Shown here: one piece after another, positions 31,517 to 40,708 of the stretch
How the letters are laid out: the number at the start of each line of letters is the position of its first letter
How positions within the stretch are numbered: position 1 is the first letter of the stretch
Virus record (IMG/VR): IMGVR_UViG_3300042890_002891
Span: 32,001-96,000 of that record
Reading direction: 5' to 3' (one strand)
DNA from: a virus
Lineage: Duplodnaviria > Heunggongvirae > Uroviricota > Caudoviricetes
DNA: 64,000 nt
The notes under the pieces: generated by a model
Told to the model about the DNA's origin: nothing
Databases searched by the model: none
What the model saw: the letters and a program-made list of their open reading frames with translations, nothing else
Program-made: the position numbers and the translations under genes

Positions 31517-32791
31517 TTATTTTTCGTCGTAGTAGGCAAATTGTCCCCAGGGTGGCACAATTGTTGTGGTACCATGCAGGATAAACACTGTATCGGTGTA
31601 GTTTTCATCACCCCATGAACCAAACGGATAGCCGTCTGTGAACATGACCAGCCGCTTGGGCTCAATCTCATGTTCCTTCAGGTAGTTGTACACACAATCA
31701 AAGTCTGTGCCGCCACCACCCTTGACCTCGTAGTCGCAGATGTCATCCAGGTTGTCACTGTCATACTGCACAGGATTGTAGGCCTCAGTATCAAAAGTCA
31801 CCACATGAATACGGTATGCCGGGAACGATTCCATGATGCCTTGAATCTCACTTAGAAAGTCCTTCAGCATCTTTTCGCTGATACTGCCTGAAGCGTCCAG
31901 AGCCACAGCAATATCAATCATGGGATCCAGTTTCATGCCGGGCATGACTGCATCCATGTGCCAACCTTTGCGGCTGGCTCGCATCCAGGTAAAGTCACTC
32001 TTGATAGTGCTCTCCAACTGCATACGCAACAGTTCACGCCAGTCCATCTTGGGCTCTGTGAGATCCTGGATCAGTCGCTTGACGCCTGCGGGCAAGTTGC
32101 CTGCTCCATCCACTGTGGCAGCCGCCGCCAGCATGGCTTCCTTGATCTCGTCCTTGATGGCCTGACGTTCTTCAGCAGTGAGTTTGGGACGACCCTTGCC
32201 TTTGCCTTCGTCATCACCGTCCCCATCACCCTCACTGTCGCCTTCACCATCCAGGTGCTCGTCAATCATTTGATCCAGCAATTTGCCAATATCAATCTTG
32301 TCTGCTTTTTCGTACAGTTTGTCGTAGACTTCTTCTGAGCTCAAGCCATCATACTTGGGATCATGCAAACAAGGCACTGACGTGATCTTTTCACCTACCT
32401 TGTGCTTGATCAAGTCTGCGTTTACACAATAGTCATTGGCAATGTTCCACAACTGTGGATCTCTGTCACCACGCCGTCCAAAGTGATCATACACACAATG
32501 CAGGACCTCATGTCCAAACAAGAATTCAATTTCTCTAGGACGCAACATCTTGATGAAGCGGCTATTGTAATAAAAGTGACGTCCGTCTGTGGCAGCAGTT
32601 GGGCACCATTCATCAGCATTGACTAACTTCAATCTAGTGGCCAAGTTACCAAAGAATGAAGCCTTGAGCAACAAGCCCACACGGGCTGTGATCAAGAGTT
32701 CACGTACTTCTCGGTCCACCCTGGGCTCAGTAGGCCCAATCAAATTAGCGAACTTTTTCTTGTCTTCTTTAGTGGCTGTGGTAGATGTCAT
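31517..32791 (-). CDS. Metallopeptidase-like + VWA domain protein (DUF2201-like)
   Basis: TAATDG, HEVLH (HExxH), DASGS (MIDAS), GGGGTDF, FTDG. Confidence 0.88.
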   Translation of the reverse strand: MTSTTATKEDKKKFANLIGPTEPRVDREVRELLITARVGLLLKASFFGNLATRLKLVNADEWCPTAATDGRHFYYNSRFIKMLRPREIEFLFGHEVLHCVYDHFGRRGDRDPQLWNIANDYCVNADLIKHKVGEKITSVPCLHDPKYDGLSSEEVYDKLYEKADKIDIGKLLDQMIDEHLDGEGDSEGDGDGDDEGKGKGRPKLTAEERQAIKDEIKEAMLAAAATVDGAGNLPAGVKRLIQDLTEPKMDWRELLRMQLESTIKSDFTWMRASRKGWHMDAVMPGMKLDPMIDIAVALDASGSISEKMLKDFLSEIQGIMESFPAYRIHVVTFDTEAYNPVQYDSDNLDDICDYEVKGGGGTDFDCVYNYLKEHEIEPKRLVMFTDGYPFGSWGDENYTDTVFILHGTTTIVPPWGQFAYYDEK

Positions 32792-32841
32792 GTGTGTCCT
32801 TTGCTGCTTATGTGTAATTATAACACAAGAGTGATTAATAG

Positions 32842-33075
32842 TCAAGCCCGCAGTTCAGCGGCACGTTCGCAGGCATGGTTCAACTCAGTCTGTGCATCGC
32901 ACATCTCATTCCATGCTGCGTGGTCATTATGGTCGCCGCCCCAATTCTTAGGATTGTCTGGGTGGTTGTCTAAATCACTTGCAAACTGGTTGTAAACATT
33001 GCTTTGGTTTGCTTGGTGATATGCAACCAGTTTCTCGGCGTATTGCAGTGCAAGTTCTTGAACAGTGTAAGTCAT
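32842..33075 (-). CDS. Hypothetical protein
   Basis: Own promoter and AGGAG RBS. Confidence 0.65.
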   Translation of the reverse strand: MTYTVQELALQYAEKLVAYHQANQSNVYNQFASDLDNHPDNPKNWGGDHNDHAAWNEMCDAQTELNHACERAAELRA

Positions 33076-33140
33076 TTCCGGGCTCCTTGTTGCTGTGTAT
33101 GTGTGTATTATAGCACAAGAACGAATAATGGTCAAATCGG

Positions 33141-33464
33141 TTAAAACAGCCCGGGATCCTGACCTTTGCGGTTTAGATACTTGAGCTGGAACCAAGAGTG
33201 CGCTGCTTCTGTAAAAAAATCCAGGTGCACCTGCGGACTATAGTGATGCCGCGTTTCTTCGTTGACGTTGCCGTTGACCAGAACAGTCTGCACATAAGGT
33301 TCCAGTCCCTGATGGTCTCGAGAACTAAAGCCCAGCTCGCGCCGCATTATGTGCCGCATGCGAATTGTGTTGCCATAGGTCTGAGTCAACAGATCTAGAA
33401 TCTCCATCCAGTCCGCAGGATCATGGAATACCACAAGATTCTTTTTTACAGTTACCCGACCCAC
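33141..33464 (-). CDS. Hypothetical protein
   Basis: 107 aa, WFQLKY near the C-terminus. Confidence 0.6.
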   Translation of the reverse strand: MGRVTVKKNLVVFHDPADWMEILDLLTQTYGNTIRMRHIMRRELGFSSRDHQGLEPYVQTVLVNGNVNEETRHHYSPQVHLDFFTEAAHSWFQLKYLNRKGQDPGLF

Positions 33465-33802
33465 TACTCAGTTCCTGAATGTGCCAGTTGAAAAAATGTC
33501 AGTTCTTTTTCGCTGGCAAGATAGATACGATAGTCTTTGTATGCAACTGAATATGCCCAGTACTGGTTCATGTCTTCTACTTGAACTGTAACGTCTGGGC
33601 GAACAGATCCCAACCACTTGATCGCGGACTGAATTTCCACGTCCTGGCTCCAGCCGTAGGTGCGATTCATCCAACGTCTAGCACGATCAAAGTCCAGCAC
33701 GCCGGTGCCATTGCCCCGTGTATTCTTGCTAAACTCCAACATGTAGTCAAAGACACCAGAATGACTGTATCGACGATCTAATCGGGTTACTAGATATTTC
33801 AT
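33464..33802 (-). CDS. Hypothetical protein
   Basis: 112 aa, FFQL near the C-terminus. Confidence 0.65.
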   Translation of the reverse strand: MKYLVTRLDRRYSHSGVFDYMLEFSKNTRGNGTGVLDFDRARRWMNRTYGWSQDVEIQSAIKWLGSVRPDVTVQVEDMNQYWAYSVAYKDYRIYLASEKELTFFQLAHSGTE

Positions 33803-33807
33803 AGTTA

Positions 33808-33840
33808 TAAAAAAAGGGCTGCGATTAAACAGCCCTTTCT
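33808..33840 (-). terminator. Intrinsic terminator
   Basis: AAAGGGCTG-loop-CAGCCCTTTTTTT on the minus strand. Confidence 0.75.
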
Positions 33841-33843
33841 AAT

Positions 33844-34929
33844 TTAGGCACTTGCCTGCAAAATGTATTTGCCGTACTTGGCGTGGAAGGCGTCAAAGTT
33901 CTTGAGCTTGGTAGGCAGGAACGGCAAGTCGTATGTGGTCAACGCAATACGAGCACCCATCACAGTCAACTCAGTCTCAAAGTTCTTCATCATATAGCCC
34001 AGAAAGTTGTCTGCCATGCTGTGGAACTGTGCGTCTGCTGGCTTGAGCTCAACATGGGCCTTGAGCTCATAGCACATGGAGATTACTAAACTGTACATGG
34101 CACTGACTTCTTTCACGTTCAAGTCTGTGACCTTGCCACTCAAGATGTCTGCAGGGTTGGGCATGCGTCCAGATACCTTGCGGTGTGCCATGAACTTCAC
34201 AGCAAGTCCTTCACCCACAGTACCTGCAATCAGGTTGGTAAGTGTGTCATCGTCTGTGGCACCTTGGTCCAGTAACTGGCTCACAAAGCTCCATGAACGT
34301 GGAGTAGCAAACGCACGTGAACTGGACTTGGCATCAAAGTCATACAGGTCCTGCTTGGCAAAGCTCAAGTAACCAACCACTTCGGGATGGATCTTGTTCT
34401 CCACAGCCCAGGTCTGCCAACTAGCAAAGTCCACCTTCATCTCCTGATGAATAAAGCGGTTTGCCAGCGGTGTGGGCATGCGATATGTGACGCCTTTGTC
34501 GCTTTCACGATTGCCTGCGGCCACCATCACAACATTGTCCGGCAAACGATACTTGCCAATGCGTCGATTCAGAATCAACTGATATGCTGCACTCTGCACG
34601 GACGGAGCAGCCGAGTTCAACTCATCTAAAAACAGCACCACAATAGGGTATGCTGCTGACATTTCTTCATCGGGCAATTCAATAGGAGGTGCCCAGTCCA
34701 TCTTGCCAATGTCCTTGTTGTAGAAAGGAATACCACGAATGTCGGTGGGTTCCATCTGTCCCAGGCGCAGGTCAATCATGAGTCCGCCGAGATCACTTGT
34801 GATGCCTTCTACCAGCTCACTTTTGCCAATGCCCGGAGGACCCCACAAGAATAAGGGACGTTTGACTTCAAATGCCTTGAGCAGGCTTTTACGAGCCTGG
34901 ATGGCTGTGACTGTGCGTGAATCTGACAT
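33844..34929 (-). CDS. MoxR-like AAA+ ATPase
   Basis: GPPGIGKS, LFLDE, AAGN, LANRF, TPRSW; partner VWA gene nearby. Confidence 0.9.
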   Translation of the reverse strand: MSDSRTVTAIQARKSLLKAFEVKRPLFLWGPPGIGKSELVEGITSDLGGLMIDLRLGQMEPTDIRGIPFYNKDIGKMDWAPPIELPDEEMSAAYPIVVLFLDELNSAAPSVQSAAYQLILNRRIGKYRLPDNVVMVAAGNRESDKGVTYRMPTPLANRFIHQEMKVDFASWQTWAVENKIHPEVVGYLSFAKQDLYDFDAKSSSRAFATPRSWSFVSQLLDQGATDDDTLTNLIAGTVGEGLAVKFMAHRKVSGRMPNPADILSGKVTDLNVKEVSAMYSLVISMCYELKAHVELKPADAQFHSMADNFLGYMMKNFETELTVMGARIALTTYDLPFLPTKLKNFDAFHAKYGKYILQASA

Positions 34930-34977
34930 GGAGTGGGTCCTTCTAGTTACTAAGTTTATATTATAACACTAACACGA

Positions 34978-35145
34978 TTAAAGGTCAACTGTGGCCGGCT
35001 CAAGCAGTTCACGAAGTTCATGCATGTGAATGCTGTCGTAGACCAAGTTGACAGGAACATCTAGCAAGGCACTGATTGAGGCCGGAGTCTCATCTTGTGC
35101 CAGTAAATCCTGGATCTCAATATCAAGTTCTTTAAATTGTCCCAT
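34978..35145 (-). CDS. Hypothetical protein
   Basis: MGQFKELDIEIQ..., coupled to upstream stop. Confidence 0.55.
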   Translation of the reverse strand: MGQFKELDIEIQDLLAQDETPASISALLDVPVNLVYDSIHMHELRELLEPATVDL

Positions 35146-35594
35146 TATGCTACTTCCTTTTGAGTTGTCAATGCTTCTGTCAATGCTGTCAATGTCCGGC
35201 TCAGCGGGTGTGTGTTTTCGTATGTGGTGCCACAGTACCACATACCGTCCCGCATGATGTAGTAATACTCAGCAGCACAGTCATCGCACTGTTCCAGGAA
35301 CTGTTCAAAGGTCAATGCTACTCGGAACTCTGTGTTCTTTTCACCGCGATCGCGTCCGTAAAATACAGTGATGTCTCCAGCAGGAGCGTCAAACGAATGT
35401 TCAACATCTGGTGGAATTTCAATATTCTTGCACAACACACTCATATCGCCCAGTGCTACCAAATAGTTGGCCTTGGCACTGTCATAATGTGCTTGCAAGA
35501 CAGCACCCGTGTGTTCCACGCTGCCATTCCAGTGGCAATAAACGCTTTTGACTTTGTTGCCATGCATGACGCCAATTCTGCTTCGTGTACCCAT
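35145..35594 (-). CDS. Hypothetical phage protein (MGTRSRIG...YCHW.G)
   Basis: Own promoter and GGAG RBS. Confidence 0.75.
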   Translation of the reverse strand: MGTRSRIGVMHGNKVKSVYCHWNGSVEHTGAVLQAHYDSAKANYLVALGDMSVLCKNIEIPPDVEHSFDAPAGDITVFYGRDRGEKNTEFRVALTFEQFLEQCDDCAAEYYYIMRDGMWYCGTTYENTHPLSRTLTALTEALTTQKEVA

Positions 35595-35658
35595 TTTTGA
35601 CTCCGGTTTGTTGCTGTATGTGTGTATTATAGCATTTCGGTGAATATTAGTCAACCAA

Positions 35659-35952
35659 TTAGTCTTTGGGTGAAAGATATTCAAACAGGATCCACTTGGC
35701 ACGATTCAGCAGTTGGCGCTGATCTTCCTGAAGATTGGCCAAGGTGTCTGAGTCATAAGGACCATGTGCCATCATCTCTTGGCAATCGCTCAACATGCTG
35801 GCCACAACCATTGCAGGGCCAGTGAACCGGAATGTGATGCTGGACTCTACACTTTCTCGAAGTTCAGCTTCGGTGCAACCGTACATGGCACGTTCACGTT
35901 CAAGTTTGATATTTTTGCCAACTGCGGCGCGGATTTCTGGTGCTGCTGTCAT
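35659..35952 (-). CDS. Hypothetical protein
   Basis: Own promoter and AGGAG RBS. Confidence 0.75.
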   Translation of the reverse strand: MTAAPEIRAAVGKNIKLERERAMYGCTEAELRESVESSITFRFTGPAMVVASMLSDCQEMMAHGPYDSDTLANLQEDQRQLLNRAKWILFEYLSPKD

Positions 35953-36012
35953 CTACTACTCCTTGTTGCTATGTGTGTATTATAGCATTTCGAGTAATAA
36001 TGGTCAACCGTT

Positions 36013-36216
36013 TTATTTCTTTTTGGCAGTGGCTTCTTCTTCGGGGGTCATGAAGCGCGGTGGGTACGGATGATCCAGGAACTTGAAAAATCTCACTGGT
36101 TTCCAGTAGGTGTGCAAGAGATAGTTGATCACCACAACACCTGCGGTGATAACCACAAACCCCAGCATTATCAAAATGCTGCCTGTGAAAAAGAATGCGG
36201 CTTGATCTAGATTCAT
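36013..36216 (-). CDS. Small membrane protein
   Basis: Single hydrophobic segment. Confidence 0.6.
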   Translation of the reverse strand: MNLDQAAFFFTGSILIMLGFVVITAGVVVINYLLHTYWKPVRFFKFLDHPYPPRFMTPEEEATAKKK

Positions 36217-36217
36217 G

Positions 36218-36391
36218 TTAGTAGATTTCTTTTACTAGAGTGAATTCTTCAGTGGGCCATAGTGCTTTGAATTCATCTGTTTTGACATAGTCGTTGTAGG
36301 ACTTGGCATCAAAGAACACTTTGTGGAATGCTGTTTTAAGAGTACCTTTTGGGTTTATTGTTAAGTAAACCGATTTTGCTTTGCCTGCCAT
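36218..36391 (-). CDS. 57-aa hypothetical protein (MAGKAKSVYLTINPKG...KEIY)
   Basis: Below ORF cutoff; promoter TTGACT-17-TATAAT and AGGAG RBS. Confidence 0.7.
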   Translation of the reverse strand: MAGKAKSVYLTINPKGTLKTAFHKVFFDAKSYNDYVKTDEFKALWPTEEFTLVKEIY

Positions 36392-36458
36392 TTCGTGCTC
36401 CTGGTGTTAAGTATTGATTATAACACTAGAAGGAATACAAGTCAATGGCATGTGGCAA

Positions 36459-38393
36459 TCAACGATCTAAGCCGGCAGCAGCTAACTTTTTTATTCTGGT
36501 GTTTATGGCCGCAAGTCTTTGCTGCATTTCTGGCGGCAGCTTGGCTGCATCTTCAGGAGTCTTGAGATATTTTTCAAGTACCGCAGCATGTTGTCCTAGT
36601 TCTGCTTTTTCCTGGTCTGTCAGATAGTTGCCGGCATCGTTGGTTGCTGCTGGACCAATTTGGCCAAATTGGCCAAGAGAATTTGCATTACGTGCCAACT
36701 GAGTCATAGTGCTGATCAACTCTGTTGTCATGTCGTACAATTGATATGTACCGTAGAGTGCTGTACCACCCAGTCCTAATTTTGCTGCGGTCCAGGCTTT
36801 TTTGCCAAACGTGCCAGCAGTGGTTGCAGCGGTGGTTGCAGCGGCTGTTCCTGCCTTTGCCATAGCAGGTGCTGCTTTGGCTGCTATAGACTTTCCATAT
36901 TTGTAGGCTAGTGCTGCCGCCGCAGCAGTACCAAGAATCTCATTGATCATGTCACGGCGCACAGCCATTTGTTCTGACTCGGACAGCAGGTACATGTTTT
37001 TGAATACATAACTGCGCAGTTCATGTTCTGTCATGACGTCAACATTGTTGGCCAACTCAACGTCTTCAAATTTATATTTGGTCAGAATTTTTTCAATGCC
37101 ATCCACACTCTTGACCAGGTCATCTGGTGCTGCCACTGGTGTTGCAGATTGCCCACCATCAGCAGGAGTATCAGCCACAATCACTGTGGCCGCTGCTTTG
37201 ATCACACGTTCTAGTCTAGTTCGGATCTCAGGAGTTATGGCCGCAGCAACAGCAGGATCCTTGCTCAGGTCTTGAATAGCCTTGAGATTTTGATCCAGCA
37301 CAGCAGCATCTTCGGGAGAGATATTTATTTTTGGATCGTTGACAGCATCTTTGGCCAGGTTCACTGCATTTATTCCCAGACTTGCGGCCCATCCCCAACC
37401 AGGTATAAGACTCGCCAGTCCTGCTGCACCAGCAATACCGGCTCCAGCATAGTCACCTTTCTGGTAGCGGTCATATGCATCTTGCGCACTTAGCACAGCA
37501 CCAACACCAGGCAGTGCCCGACCTACTGCGCCTTTGAGTAGACCTTTGCCAGCAATCTTTCCTGCTGCCTGCGTATTTGGCATTGCCTGAGCCGGAGCAG
37601 TCGCAGCAGTGCTGGCTGTTTGTGCTGCCCTTTGCGCCTGATATGCCTGAGCTTCTCTGCTGCCACCCGGTCTAGACACATAAGGATTGGCCGGTGCCGA
37701 AGGTGCAGGAGGTACATAACCGCCTTTTTGTATTTTTGATTGTGCAAAGCCCGGAGTCGCAGCAGATGTTGTAGGATCCGCAGGTATTGTGCGTTGGATA
37801 GCATCCTGATACGATCGACGTTGTTGAGCGGTTGGAACAGCTTCCATCAAGTTGCGCCAGGTTGCCATTTGATCGGGCATGGCAGCTGATCGACTTTCAG
37901 ACATCTTGACCTTGTACTTGGTCAGAATTTGTTCAATGGTATCAAGTGCTGTGGTCAATTGAGATATAGTGGCCTGGCCAGCAGGAGTAGATGTCTCTGT
38001 GCCCAGCACATCCGAATATTTGGCTGCAATTATTGGATTTTTTGCAGCGGCAGCACGAGTAAGTGGTCCCAGAGCGCCGTCGATACCATCACGACCTGCA
38101 CCAGTGGCACCAAGAGGTGCACCAGCGGCCTTGAGCTCTTGCTGTAGTTGTTTTATTCTGGCTATACCACCACCGCTACCACCTGGTTCAGCAGCAAAAG
38201 CATGCTTTAGGCCGGTGTGCTGGGCTCGAGGAGTTCCGCATTTGACACAGCGATTTTCCTGAGCCGAAGCCGCTGCTATGGCCTGATCATTGGTGAATGT
38301 GCCCAGGCTGGGCAAGGCCACATTGGTGTTGGGCGGCACTGGATCTGCCTCGTTCAGGAGGTCAAGATATCTGCGAAAATTGTGTGTGCTCAT
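36459..38393 (-). CDS. Ala-rich putative internal head / ejection protein with peptidoglycan-binding-like motif
   Basis: TAAATA upstream; N-terminal LDLLNE, repeated (L/M/I)xE sites, DGALGPLT motif, glycine-zipper segments. Confidence 0.5.
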   Translation of the reverse strand: MSTHNFRRYLDLLNEADPVPPNTNVALPSLGTFTNDQAIAAASAQENRCVKCGTPRAQHTGLKHAFAAEPGGSGGGIARIKQLQQELKAAGAPLGATGAGRDGIDGALGPLTRAAAAKNPIIAAKYSDVLGTETSTPAGQATISQLTTALDTIEQILTKYKVKMSESRSAAMPDQMATWRNLMEAVPTAQQRRSYQDAIQRTIPADPTTSAATPGFAQSKIQKGGYVPPAPSAPANPYVSRPGGSREAQAYQAQRAAQTASTAATAPAQAMPNTQAAGKIAGKGLLKGAVGRALPGVGAVLSAQDAYDRYQKGDYAGAGIAGAAGLASLIPGWGWAASLGINAVNLAKDAVNDPKINISPEDAAVLDQNLKAIQDLSKDPAVAAAITPEIRTRLERVIKAAATVIVADTPADGGQSATPVAAPDDLVKSVDGIEKILTKYKFEDVELANNVDVMTEHELRSYVFKNMYLLSESEQMAVRRDMINEILGTAAAAALAYKYGKSIAAKAAPAMAKAGTAAATTAATTAGTFGKKAWTAAKLGLGGTALYGTYQLYDMTTELISTMTQLARNANSLGQFGQIGPAATNDAGNYLTDQEKAELGQHAAVLEKYLKTPEDAAKLPPEMQQRLAAINTRIKKLAAAGLDR

Positions 38394-38432
38394 GAAGATA
38401 TTTATCTTCTTTTGACAGCACACACAGAGAGA

Positions 38433-38666
38433 TCAATACTTGCGATGGTGGCTTTTGCTCACAATATCCTGTGGTTTGTACAGCCAGCTACGATCCACAA
38501 AACCCTGTTCAATTTCACGCAGGGCAGTGACCACATGACTGCTTACCTTGGTAACTCGGGGCATGTCGCCGCGGCTGAGTTCTCTAGCACGCCGTGCAGC
38601 TACCAGGATCATTTCGTATCTGTTGCCAATTGCAGCCACAGCCACATCACTTGTAATTCTTGCCAT
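38433..38666 (-). CDS. rpoZ: RNA polymerase omega subunit homologue
   Basis: MARIT...GNRYEMILVAARRAREL...VTALREIEQG. Confidence 0.9.
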   Translation of the reverse strand: MARITSDVAVAAIGNRYEMILVAARRARELSRGDMPRVTKVSSHVVTALREIEQGFVDRSWLYKPQDIVSKSHHRKY

Positions 38667-38745
38667 TTTGTAGTCCTTGAGTTTGAGTTAAACAACTGTT
38701 GCGTGTTGTGCTAGCAGTATAACAGATTGCTGTCACAAAGTCAAC

Positions 38746-38768
38746 AAAAAGCCCACCGAAGTGGGCTG
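38746..38768 (-). terminator. Intrinsic terminator, copy 1
   Basis: AGCCCAC-TTCG-GTGGGCT-TTTT. Confidence 0.85.
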
Positions 38769-38775
38769 ATTTGAA

Positions 38776-38904
38776 TTACATTTCTACATAATCTTCTTTG
38801 AAGCCACCGCATTCAGGGCAGGGAAAATCCTCTGGTAAATCATCCCAGACTCCTTCAAGTTCTTGATCATGCACATGACCGCAAATAACGCACACATGAT
38901 CCAT
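38776..38904 (-). CDS. Rubredoxin (42 aa)
   Basis: MDHVCVICGHVHD...WDDLPEDFPCPECG; two CxxC motifs; missed by ORF track. Confidence 0.88.
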   Translation of the reverse strand: MDHVCVICGHVHDQELEGVWDDLPEDFPCPECGGFKEDYVEM

Positions 38905-39353
38905 TATAGTGTCTCCAGAACTTGAGTATATGCTGCCGCATGACGCTGTTCAACTTTGGCCAGGGCAGTGAAACGCCGTTGAGCCTGGGCTAGAACTGCG
39001 GCAAATTCTTCAGCATGTTGTTTTGATTCTGCTGTTTGATCTGCGGCTTCTGTGGCAGCAGCGGTGTTGCCTTCTGCAATGGCTTCTGCTTGCATTGTGG
39101 GGTACATTGTGGTGAACTCATGAGTCTCTCCTGCAATGGCCATTTCTAGACACTGCTTGACATCTGGTTTACCAACCAGCAATTCTAAATGACCCCAGGC
39201 GTGCAGCAGTTCTTGATCTGCTGTGTGTTCAAAGTGCAGTGCAACATCTTCGTGGCCTTGTGCTCGGGCCATCTTGGCAAAGTAGCGATACTTGACATGA
39301 GCCTGTGACTCACCAGCAAATGCTGCCTCCAAGTTTTTGATTGTGATCGACAT
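38904..39353 (-). CDS. Rubrerythrin (di-iron domain)
   Basis: NLEAAFAGESQA..KY..FA, ExxH motifs. Confidence 0.92.
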   Translation of the reverse strand: MSITIKNLEAAFAGESQAHVKYRYFAKMARAQGHEDVALHFEHTADQELLHAWGHLELLVGKPDVKQCLEMAIAGETHEFTTMYPTMQAEAIAEGNTAAATEAADQTAESKQHAEEFAAVLAQAQRRFTALAKVEQRHAAAYTQVLETL

Positions 39354-39457
39354 AGATACCTTTCTGTTAAAATACTATTGTACAACTATTTACTATAGGA
39401 GTCAACTATAAAATGATATTTTTCAATTGTAAATTCCTATTACATCAATAGGTCAAG

Positions 39458-39480
39458 AAAAAGCCCACCGAAGTGGGCTG
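39458..39480 (-). terminator. Intrinsic terminator, copy 2 (ends tmRNA)
   Basis: Identical to 38746-38768. Confidence 0.85.
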
Positions 39481-39803
39481 ATTGCTATTTTTGATTACAA
39501 GGTATAACTACCTCGTTTGGCGTCAAGCGTTAGCTGCTACCAAATATTGTGAGTCATTTGCATTTCTCTTTTTTGTGTCTACGGCCGAGCTTCCCCAACC
39601 CTAACGGCTTCTACATTGCCGGACTGTCCATTTCTGTACTCTTAACCCTGTCGAAACTATGCAGGCCCATTATAAAGAATACTACTGAATTGTGTTGGAT
39701 GTTGCCATCCGCAAAAACCTGTGCAATATTCTTTATGGTGGACCTGGGGGGATTCGCACCCCCGTCCAGAATCCTTTTCTGTCTACTTCATACAGTCTTA
39801 ACT
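39481..39803 (-). ncRNA. ssrA: Circularly permuted (two-piece) tmRNA
   Basis: Acceptor piece with T-arm GGGGG-TGCGAAT-CCCCC and CAGGTCC-A-CCA (3' end 39736), hairpin intervening segment, coding piece starting GGGCCTG (39668) giving G3.U70; tag ORF 39561-39523 ANDSQYLVAANA*; outer ends approximate. Confidence 0.92.
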
Positions 39804-39808
39804 GTTAT

Positions 39809-40693
39809 TTATTTTAATGAGTTAACTGAGTCTTCCCAGTCTTGATTGAATGTTGACATTTTTGTATCCCACTCAAACTTCATTCCACTACCTTCCCAAA
39901 TTTTAGCAGTGTTTGAATTGGGATTCTGATGTACAGCCTTCATAGCAGCCTGAATCTTGTTGCGTTGTGCATCAGTTGCGTTCTTCAAGATAAAAAGCAC
40001 ATAGTAGCCGACCTTGAGATTTTTGTTGGCAAGATCTTTTGCAGCCAATGGAATCAAGGCATCAGCTGACGATGGGCTCATACGATACATGCATGTGCCG
40101 TTGCCTGACTGTGCAAATTTTCTTGCCAGCTTGCTTTCAATGATACCGTAGTCAACTTCACCGTTTAGCAAAGCAGTGATAGTGCTTGGACTGCCAGCAG
40201 CAAAATGCACAGGTTTGTGAGTGGTCTTGAATGACGCATTGATTCCGTTGTTGATGCTATTGACCATCACACTAGCAGGAATGGCATGTCCAATCCTGTA
40301 CGATGATCCAGCTGTGACCATACGGGCAGCATTCATTTCTGGTTTGGCTGAACAGATATAGTAAGAGTCATAGTGTACACGAATCAATTCTTTTTCGGTA
40401 AATGTCATTATATTGCAAGAGCCTTGTTTGCGGATACCGGCGTCTATGTCGCCTGCCCAGGGAAATAGCACAGGCATATTTTTATCTATTTTGTCAATAA
40501 CAGCCGTTGCCAGGCACCCAGATCCTGGGTTGATGTAGTCAATTTTGAATTGGTTCTGCAGATCCTGGGTCAATGCACTGGTCTCCAGATAGAACCCACC
40601 TGTTTTTGAGCCAGTGTTCACAATGGTGATGTCCTGTGCCGCAGCAGCCAAGGTCATGGTTGCAAACGCAACCAACGCTAGTAATTTCTTCAT
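39809..40693 (-). CDS. Tripartite tricarboxylate transporter substrate-binding protein (TctC/Bug-like)
   Basis: Signal peptide, GSKTGG, PGSG, ALLNGEVD; adjacent to TctA. Confidence 0.6.
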   Translation of the reverse strand: MKKLLALVAFATMTLAAAAQDITIVNTGSKTGGFYLETSALTQDLQNQFKIDYINPGSGCLATAVIDKIDKNMPVLFPWAGDIDAGIRKQGSCNIMTFTEKELIRVHYDSYYICSAKPEMNAARMVTAGSSYRIGHAIPASVMVNSINNGINASFKTTHKPVHFAAGSPSTITALLNGEVDYGIIESKLARKFAQSGNGTCMYRMSPSSADALIPLAAKDLANKNLKVGYYVLFILKNATDAQRNKIQAAMKAVHQNPNSNTAKIWEGSGMKFEWDTKMSTFNQDWEDSVNSLK

Positions 40694-40708
40694 TTTTTTT
40701 CAGTCCTT

